Shown here: piece by piece, positions 25,567 to 32,000 of the stretch
How the letters are laid out: each line of letters begins with the position of its first letter
Numbering within the stretch: the first letter of the stretch is position 1
Source: Candidatus Kuenenia stuttgartensis
Lineage (GTDB): Bacteria; Planctomycetota; Brocadiia; Brocadiales; Brocadiaceae
NCBI RefSeq assembly: GCF_900232105.1
Contig: NZ_LT934425.1
Coordinates: 600,001 to 632,000 of the forward strand
DNA length: 32,000 nt
Direction: 5' to 3'
Position numbers and translations under genes: made by a program
Notes under the pieces: model-generated
What the model was told of the DNA's origin: nothing
Seen by the model: only the letters and a program-made list of their open reading frames with translations
Database searches by the model: none

Positions 25567-26523
25567 TTAAATAAAAACCAATACCACTATAACGAAACGG
25601 ATGTTTTTTATCGCGAGTTTTTTGCCAGAAACCCCTGGCGTTCCAAAAAACTTCGGCACTTCATCTATTTCCAAACTTAAATGGTCCGTAATCTTATTAT
25701 CAAGACTTATCACATCCCCTACTCTGAGATTGATAAGTTCGTTAAATGATAACTGTGTTGTACCCAATATTGTGTTCACTAATAAAGGGACTTGATTGAG
25801 CGTTTGCTTTATTATGACAATCTCTTCTTCCCGATTAAGGGTTGCCTCCGTTATTTTTCCCATAACTGCTTCTAAAGTTGCAACAGGAAGACAAAAAACA
25901 AGCGTACCGGTGCCCAATTCACCACTAATCGCAAAATTTATGGCAATCATACTTCCGTGTTATGCGCCACTTGTAACGACCGCAAGTCCATGTCTGTTTT
26001 TGCAATTTGCCACTCTATCTCTGCAACATCATTCCAGCAAAGACACATCGAATGGAGTACATTTGACAACACTTGTGAAACCACAGATTCTCGATAATAG
26101 TAAGAGGTCTTATTTTCTGCTGTATTTTCCCGGGTCCGCCTAATCCACGATCTATCATAGCAAGGCAAAACCCCGCATCCAGGGTTAAACAACCCTTTCC
26201 CTGTACGCGTAGGTCAACAACACTTGCACATAACAAGATCCGTAAAAGAATTGAGAAATAATTCATAACAAATTCCTCTATCGCGATAAGTTCAACACCA
26301 ACGGTGGTCCTTACATATGAGAAAAAGTCAAACCCATGTTAACCGCCATGTTCTCACTAATTTTTTGCAGTTGTCGTTTTTGCTCCCGCGGAAACCTGTC
26401 TGGTCTTCTGAAATCGTAATGCTGAACCTTTTTTACCACTTTTGTTCAATTGAGTACCTGTCCGCTCTCTATCGCATTGAGCAGGGCATCAACTTCTTCA
26501 TTGGATAAAATAGCATCTGACAT
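25567..26523 (-). pseudogene. fliM: flagellar C-ring switch protein FliM, multiply frameshifted
   Basis: From the ATG at 26523 it reads MSDAILSNEEVDALLNAIESGQ. Shifted pieces are KKVQHYDFRRPDRFPREQKRQLQKISENMAVNMGLTFS / TTVGVELIAIEEFV / LAMIDRGLGGPG / LTIIENSVVSQVLSNVLHSM...WNDVAEIEWQIAKTD. The 3' ORF is 25567..25950. Confidence 0.85.
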
Positions 26524-26571
26524 AGCGTATTACCTGAATAAATGGTTACAATAATTTTCTGTAATTATGCT

Positions 26572-27147
26572 TTATTGAACAACAAAATCTTCAAAATAGA
26601 CCTGTAAAACAGCTTTTTCCATATTCAATATCACATCAACGGAATCTTTTATTTCACGCTTAATGTATTCCCGACCCTCTACAGAATCAATATCATCTAT
26701 GGTCTTTGAGGAAAGAATGGAAATAAGCCTGTCTTTTACCTGTATTGTTCTGGTTTCTAACTTACCTCTTGCCTCTTCATTGCGTACTTCCAAAATTACC
26801 TTTGCCTTGAGATACCTTCTTAAATTAGACCCGCTAAGATTCACAACAATTGTATCTATTGTCACAATAATAGGGCCTTGCGGCAAAGGTTCCTTGGGAT
26901 CTTTATCTGACTTCAATGGGATTTCATCGCTATATTTCGTTATTTCCCCTATGCGGCCTTGCAATTCTTCGGTTATCACGTTGACCGGTATTTCAGCTCC
27001 TGTTGATATATTCGCGCCGAAATACATGCCTGCCATAAAAAACATATTAGTTGCAAATACAATAACTTTACCACGTATTCCCCCGATATTCATATGCACC
27101 TTCTTTTTTTGAAATGCGTCTTTTTTTCTCATAAACCCCCGCTTCAA
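26572..27147 (-). CDS. fliL: flagellar basal-body-associated protein FliL
   Basis: 191 aa with one N-terminal TM helix. The FliL-type C-terminal domain reads IVVNLSGSNLRRYLKAKVILEVRNEE...VKDRLISILSSKTIDDIDSVEGREYIKREIKDSV...VLQVYFEDFVVQ. Confidence 0.8.
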   Translation of the reverse strand: MKRGFMRKKDAFQKKKVHMNIGGIRGKVIVFATNMFFMAGMYFGANISTGAEIPVNVITEELQGRIGEITKYSDEIPLKSDKDPKEPLPQGPIIVTIDTIVVNLSGSNLRRYLKAKVILEVRNEEARGKLETRTIQVKDRLISILSSKTIDDIDSVEGREYIKREIKDSVDVILNMEKAVLQVYFEDFVVQ

Positions 27148-27205
27148 TAAATATTAAAATGTTTTATCACTTTATTAAAATAAATGCAGAAAAAAACCAC
27201 CGTCA

Positions 27206-27931
27206 CTATTGGTTTCCACTGCTCCGTACACCATCTTCAAGCAATTTCAGCTTTTCGCTAAGCTTTACCGCAAGAAACGGAGTAACAGATTCCAATATTT
27301 TTGCAGATGTTTTTTTATCCATCATTGTTAGCAGTTTTACCGCGGTCTCTTCGTCCATTTCCTTTAAAATCATGGCAGCCTTTTGAGGTTTCATTCCCCC
27401 GTAAACCTCGGCCAGCTTCTTGATATTCTTTAATTCGAGATCATCAAATTGAATAGTCTCCTTCTTTAATTCCTGCATTCTTGCGGTTATCAACTCAAAC
27501 GCCTTATTCAACTCTTCCCTGAGTGTTTCAATTTCATATCTCTCTTTTTTAAGGTCGGCGCGTAGTGATTCAAGCATTTTTTCCCTAAGATCCAGGAGTT
27601 CCTTCTTCTTCTTGTATTCGTGTTTTTCTTCTGTTATTTCATTTATCATCTTTGAGACTTCGCTTGATGACAAGGGTTTAAACACCTTTGCTGCATTCGA
27701 TTTATAGACGGAAGGCAGCTTGCTCGCATACAAATTCTTTGCTTCTTTACCTTCTCCACCTACAGTATCCGCCGCTGACGTATCTATATTTTCCGGAGAT
27801 AATTCCTGCGCTTCCGGTTCCGGTGCAGGAGCTTTCCCTTTCATAAAAAGAAACCAATATGCGGCTCCTCCCAGAACGATCATCCCCACTCCGGCCATCA
27901 TCAGCATTTTTTTGTTAATCGGGAGCTTCAT
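27206..27931 (-). CDS. MotE/YlxF-family flagellar protein (TM anchor, coiled coil, MgtE_N-like domain)
   Basis: 241 aa with an N-terminal TM helix and a K/E-rich coiled coil. The C-terminal LAEVYGGMKPQKAAMILKEMDEETAVKLLTMMDKKTSAKILESVTPFLAVKLSEKL matches the MgtE_N/MotE pattern. Its position after fliJ mirrors ylxF in other flagellar operons. Confidence 0.6.
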   Translation of the reverse strand: MKLPINKKMLMMAGVGMIVLGGAAYWFLFMKGKAPAPEPEAQELSPENIDTSAADTVGGEGKEAKNLYASKLPSVYKSNAAKVFKPLSSSEVSKMINEITEEKHEYKKKKELLDLREKMLESLRADLKKERYEIETLREELNKAFELITARMQELKKETIQFDDLELKNIKKLAEVYGGMKPQKAAMILKEMDEETAVKLLTMMDKKTSAKILESVTPFLAVKLSEKLKLLEDGVRSSGNQ

Positions 27932-27952
27932 AGTATAATCTCCATAAATTGA

Positions 27953-28417
27953 TTATTCCAATACATCCTTTTCCCTGATGTGTTTGTGATAAAACCGGGA
28001 GGTTGCTATCTCGTCCAGTTTTTTAATTTCAAGGCGTTTCTCCTGATCGTCGAATTCCTTTTTATGCCTTTCCCTTAGTTTTTCCAACAACTTTCTTTTT
28101 TTAAAAACATGTAATAATTTTTGCCTTACATGATCTATCTCTTCAGAAATCTTTTTTATTTTTGATTGTTGGACAATAATATCACGATTAAGACTGGCAA
28201 AATACGACTCAAACAAAACAAATGTCGACGCATCCGCAAACGTCTGCAACATCTCTGTCATTTCAATCTGCCTTGTTTCAAGCAAAGATTTTAGTAATAA
28301 CTCCATCTTCTTTTCTTCATGGAGTTTTTTTTGCGCAGTTTTTAACTCTTTGGAAATCTCTTCTTCTTTAAATTTTTCAATATCAAGTAATTTTTGGAAT
28401 TTAAAACGAAATTTCAT
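27953..28417 (-). CDS. fliJ: flagellar export chaperone-like protein FliJ
   Basis: A 154-aa all-helical coiled-coil protein (MKFRFKFQKLLDIEKFKEEE...) immediately downstream of fliI. I prefer the ATG at 28417 over the track's start at 28456. Confidence 0.65.
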   Translation of the reverse strand: MKFRFKFQKLLDIEKFKEEEISKELKTAQKKLHEEKKMELLLKSLLETRQIEMTEMLQTFADASTFVLFESYFASLNRDIIVQQSKIKKISEEIDHVRQKLLHVFKKRKLLEKLRERHKKEFDDQEKRLEIKKLDEIATSRFYHKHIREKDVLE

Positions 28418-28473
28418 AGCGCAACAAAGCCGAAACCAAAAAGATGTTAACTGCAAAGAGCGCAGTTATGTAG

Positions 28474-28510
28474 GGTGGATTAAGGCGTTGGTTTTTACGC
28501 CGAATCCACC
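28474..28510. repeat. gggtggatt-type hairpin between fliI and fliJ
   Basis: ggtggattaaggcg-ttggttttta-cgccgaatccacc. The gtagggtggatt seed recurs twice at 24874-24912. Confidence 0.4.
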
Positions 28511-28525
28511 AATAATACCGTGACC

Positions 28526-29848
28526 TCATGTAAACAATGCCGACAATTTCGAAATGGATTCGTTAAAATTACCATTTGTGGTCATATCCTGTTTAAGATA
28601 CTCGTTTATAGCGTCTATGACTGATAGGGCATAATCAATTTTCTTGTTGCCCCCCTTTGCGTACGCCCCTATATTTATCATGTCTTCGGCTTCTTTATAC
28701 GTTGCATATACTGCCTTTAACATCTGCGCAGCCTTCCTGTGTTCCCCGGTAATGATGTCATCCATACACCGGCTGACGCTTTCCATGATATCAATGGCGG
28801 GATAGTGGTTTTGGGACGCCATTGCCCTTGACAACACCACATGTCCGTCAAGAATACCCCTTACGGCGTCAGCAATGGGTTCATTAATATCATCACCATC
28901 CACCAATACAGTATATAAACCAGTGATGCTGCCCTTCGTGCCCGTGCCGCTTCTCTCCAGAAGCTTTGGCAATAACGCGAACACTGAAGGTGTATATCCC
29001 TTTGAGGTCGGGGGTTCTCCTATTGCAAGCCCAATTTCCCTTTGTGCATTGGCAAATCTTGTAACGGAATCCATCATGAGTAATACCCGCATGCCACGAT
29101 CTCTGAAATATTCCGCAATACTGGAAGCGATATAGGCGCCCTTTACCCTTAATAAAGCCGGTTTGTCAGAAGTAACCGATACAATTACCGATTTTTTCAT
29201 GCCTTCTTCTCCGAGATTCTTTTCAACAAACTCCCGGACTTCTCTTCCGCGTTCACCAATAAGCGCAATAACATTAACCTCCGCTCCGGAATTCCTGGCA
29301 ATCATGCCCATTAATGTGCTTTTCCCTACGCCGCTCCCTGCAAAAATTCCCAATCTCTGTCCCTGCCCGAAGGTAAGCATGCCGTCTATTGCCCGTACAC
29401 CTGTCTCCAATACCTCCTTTATCCTGCTTCTGGTCAAAGGATCCGGGGGAGAATTATAAATGGAAACCCTTTCTTCCACGTTTAACGGCCCTTTTCCATC
29501 CATAGGCTCTCCCAGTCCTCCTAAGATTCTTCCCATTAGCCCCATTCCAACGCCCACCGTTAATGGCGAGCCTGAAGCGGTTACTCTGTTTCCCGGGCCT
29601 ATTCTCTCAAGTTCCCCTATGGGCATAAGGAGTATCCTTTTTTCTTTAAATCCTACCACCTCCGCCGGTATTGGAGTTTCTCCATTATTGGAATGTATGT
29701 AACATAGTTCTCCTACAGGAACAGAAGGCCCGTTTGATTCTATTACCAAACCTGCGATATGGGCCACCCTTCCGGTGCGTTGAACCAACACCGATTCCGA
29801 TACCCTTTTTTTGTGCAAAGCAAAATCAATGCATGGCGTGGCCATCAC
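28526..29848 (-). CDS. fliI: flagellum-specific type III secretion ATPase FliI
   Basis: 440 aa with Walker A GSGVGKST and Walker B RVLLMMDSVTRFA. The F1-beta-like core reads RGREVREF...EPPTSKGYTPSVFALLPKLLERSG. The ATGA start overlaps the fliH stop. Confidence 0.95.
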   Translation of the reverse strand: MMATPCIDFALHKKRVSESVLVQRTGRVAHIAGLVIESNGPSVPVGELCYIHSNNGETPIPAEVVGFKEKRILLMPIGELERIGPGNRVTASGSPLTVGVGMGLMGRILGGLGEPMDGKGPLNVEERVSIYNSPPDPLTRSRIKEVLETGVRAIDGMLTFGQGQRLGIFAGSGVGKSTLMGMIARNSGAEVNVIALIGERGREVREFVEKNLGEEGMKKSVIVSVTSDKPALLRVKGAYIASSIAEYFRDRGMRVLLMMDSVTRFANAQREIGLAIGEPPTSKGYTPSVFALLPKLLERSGTGTKGSITGLYTVLVDGDDINEPIADAVRGILDGHVVLSRAMASQNHYPAIDIMESVSRCMDDIITGEHRKAAQMLKAVYATYKEAEDMINIGAYAKGGNKKIDYALSVIDAINEYLKQDMTTNGNFNESISKLSALFT

Positions 29849-30546
29849 TCTTTTTCCCCTACAGATTTTTTAATTTCTTCCCACCGTGTTTCAAGCAAGC
29901 TTTCAACATCGCCAAAATCTGTTTCCACAACACAACCGCCGGCTGATATCATTTTATCCTCTATGATTTTAATGTTAAAATCCTTTATTCCTGCGTCTTC
30001 GGCCGTAAACCGTTTATAATCCTCCGGGGAAATACGCAAGGAAACGATCTTATTATTCCCAACATAAGAAAGAGCCTCTGCTACAACGTGTTTTACAATG
30101 CTGGCGCCATTTTCGTTAATTTCATAACCAACAACTTTATTCGCAACAGCCAATACGAAATGTATGATCTCCGATTCGGAGTCCTTCCAGATTATTTCTC
30201 TTTTCTCCGTTAATTGTTTCACCGCATCCTCAAGCAGTGTGATCAATGCTGCATATTTTCTTTTTGTTTTTTCTATCTCTGATTGAAACTCCTTTTCCGC
30301 AGAGAGTTTCCCCTCTTTGAAGGCTTCTTCTCTCACCAGTCTGATTTCTTGTTCTTTTAACGCCCTTAATTCATTTTCCTTTGCTAATTCAAGTTCTTTC
30401 AGTTTTTCTTCTTCTTTTATATTTATTAACTCTTCTTCTGTTTTAAGCGTGTTTATTTGCTTTTTATGAGAATGAGGTATTACAGTCTCTATAACTTTCA
30501 CTCCCTTTATAACAGGTAAGGAATAAACGCGCTTCCCGGTTTTCAT
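29845..30546 (-). CDS. fliH: flagellar export ATPase regulator FliH
   Basis: A 233-aa E/K-rich coiled-coil N-terminal half with a FliH/V-ATPase-E-like C-terminal half. It lies between fliG and fliI and overlaps both by 4 nt. Confidence 0.75.
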   Translation of the reverse strand: MKTGKRVYSLPVIKGVKVIETVIPHSHKKQINTLKTEEELINIKEEEKLKELELAKENELRALKEQEIRLVREEAFKEGKLSAEKEFQSEIEKTKRKYAALITLLEDAVKQLTEKREIIWKDSESEIIHFVLAVANKVVGYEINENGASIVKHVVAEALSYVGNNKIVSLRISPEDYKRFTAEDAGIKDFNIKIIEDKMISAGGCVVETDFGDVESLLETRWEEIKKSVGEKE

Positions 30547-31571
30547 ACTAATTTATCGTCCTTGCCGGAAGACCCCCCCTTCTTTTGAACAACATTTTCG
30601 CCCTTTGCTTCCAACCGCTTTACCGCCTCTACAATTTGCAATTGTGCGCTCTGCACTTCGGACAACAATCTCGGCCCCAACAGCTCTCTTTCTTCCCTCA
30701 CCGTCTCGCCAATACGTTTAGACATGTTTTTGAAAAACTTTGTCTCAACCTCCGCATTCGCCGTTTTTAATGCAAGCGCAATAACATTTATATCCACCTC
30801 TGTAAGTATTTTTCTAAACGCTTCATCAAGAACATAAATCATATCATCAAAAGTAAACATCAACTTCTTTATTTCTTCAGCAAGCTCCGGATTTCTACGG
30901 CTTATTTGTTCAATCACATCCTTATCCACTCCGCCCTCCAGCCCACCAATAATCTCCGAGGCAAATTTATGCCTTTTCTTCGCAGGCGTCTTCCGTCTTC
31001 TTCCTTCCGTTTTTATCTTTGCCATAACTACCTCGTTTACCTTGGTAATTAAACTTATCGGAGGAAGTTCGAGCGTTGCGATCCTCATGATAATATCAGA
31101 TTGTGCTTCCAGGGGAAATCTGGACAACAGCCTGGAGGCGCGTTCCGGTTCCGTATATGATAGTATAAGTGCAATCGTTTGCGGGTGTTCTCCTATCAGC
31201 AACCGCATGTATTCATCGTCAGAAACATCCTTTAAATTGGAAAAAGGCGTGGGGAGCATCACCCCTTGCTCCACATTCGCTATGATATCATCGCTTTTGT
31301 CTGTCCCAATCGCTTTTTCAAGTATCTTTCTAAAAGCATTTTTATCATGCTCCACCAGGCCGCCGCAGAGTTTCATTTCTTGCCGGAGTTCATCCAAAAC
31401 GGCGTCCACGATCTCATTATCCACATTTTCCATGCGGGTAATTTCGGCGGATACCGCCACAATCTGATTCTCATCAAAGGTCTTAAGTATTTCCGAAGCG
31501 ACGTCTGGATCAAGTATAGACAAGGCAATTGCTGCCTTTTGTATGCCTGACAAGTTTAATTTCGTTTTCAT
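30543..31571 (-). CDS. fliG: flagellar motor switch protein FliG
   Basis: 342 aa. It starts LSGIQKAAIALSILDPDVASEILKTFDENQI and ends with the torque-helix region MFTFDDMIYVLDEAFRKILTEVD...LALALKTANAEVETKFFKNMSKRIGETVREERELLGPRLLSEVQSAQLQIV. Confidence 0.95.
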   Translation of the reverse strand: MKTKLNLSGIQKAAIALSILDPDVASEILKTFDENQIVAVSAEITRMENVDNEIVDAVLDELRQEMKLCGGLVEHDKNAFRKILEKAIGTDKSDDIIANVEQGVMLPTPFSNLKDVSDDEYMRLLIGEHPQTIALILSYTEPERASRLLSRFPLEAQSDIIMRIATLELPPISLITKVNEVVMAKIKTEGRRRKTPAKKRHKFASEIIGGLEGGVDKDVIEQISRRNPELAEEIKKLMFTFDDMIYVLDEAFRKILTEVDINVIALALKTANAEVETKFFKNMSKRIGETVREERELLGPRLLSEVQSAQLQIVEAVKRLEAKGENVVQKKGGSSGKDDKLV

Positions 31572-31600
31572 ATCGGTATAATATCCTGTTCTTTACATTA

Positions 31601-32000
31601 TTACGATGAGATATATTCTCCTTCTATCCACCTCTTTAATGCTGTCGAGGTAAGATCGGTATCCTTCTGCATATGTCCGAGTATTAATTTCCGTTTTTTC
31701 TCTCTTTTCATTCCTTCCATTATTTCTTCAGGATTTTCCGACTCTTCCATCGCCAGCATTTCTTCTACTGCCGCTTCCAATTCCTCCTTTGTGTATTGGA
31801 TGCCTTGCCGCTCTTTGCTTATGCGTAATTCTTCAAACAGTTTATTCCTGCCGGCAGTATCGTCATGCTGCATTTTGGCAAATCCTTGCTTACCAGACTT
31901 TCCCTTAGCCGAAAAGTGTTCCATTTCAACCGTAGGTGCTGCCTTCTTTTTAATCTTCTTCATGCTTCGCAGCATAAACATCAGAAACATCAGCACTGTT
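31601..32000 (-). CDS. fliF: flagellar MS-ring protein FliF, C-terminal part (gene runs off the right edge)
   Basis: The frame is open to the window edge. The charged C-terminal tail ends ...TSTALKRWIEGE, as in the FliG-binding tail of FliF. Its position directly upstream of fliG fits. Confidence 0.7.
   Translation of the reverse strand, partial: TVLMFLMFMLRSMKKIKKKAAPTVEMEHFSAKGKSGKQGFAKMQHDDTAGRNKLFEELRISKERQGIQYTKEELEAAVEEMLAMEESENPEEIMEGMKREKKRKLILGHMQKDTDLTSTALKRWIEGEYISS

Overview
AT-rich bacterial chromosomal segment with three blocks; I cannot assign the organism from sequence alone. (1) 1-9.5 kb, minus strand: an exopolysaccharide or O-antigen-type cluster. It holds a Wza-like exporter, a Wzc-like co-polymerase with a degenerate kinase domain, two GT2 glycosyltransferases, a Wzy/O-antigen-ligase-like polymerase and a partial glycosyltransferase. 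A visibly GC-richer IS4/Tn5-like element sits in one of its intergenic repeats, and its transposase carries a long DUF4338-like N-terminal extension. (2) 9.5-15.1 kb: a 1.2-kb non-coding leader and a 66-aa histone-fold (bacterial-histone-like) gene. Next comes a decayed GIY-YIG nuclease gene between 110-bp direct repeats, next to a tRNA-Arg fragment. The block ends with an intact aldehyde dehydrogenase (SSADH-like) plus acetolactate-synthase-like ThDP enzyme pair. (3) 15.2-32 kb, minus strand: one flagellar locus, fliF-G-H-I-J-(motE/ylxF-like)-fliL-M-N-O-P-Q-R-flhB-flhA-flhG-(flbD-like)-fliA. fliF to fliL are intact and tightly packed. Every gene from fliM to fliA is broken by many +/-1 frameshifts, although the corrected-frame peptides stay highly conserved. 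The intergenic gaps in that half hold several short repeat families. The clearest is a MITE family with 20-bp terminal inverted repeats and 8-bp target-site duplications, present in two copies with different cargo. A composite intergenic repeat (A-core, GC hairpin, B-box) occurs at 7 or more loci. The most notable items are the sharply bounded decay (or sequencing artefact) of the export-gate half of the flagellar locus, the MITE and composite repeat families, the histone-fold gene and the candidate 2-oxoglutarate decarboxylase/SSADH pair. No CRISPR array, rRNA or intact tRNA was seen.
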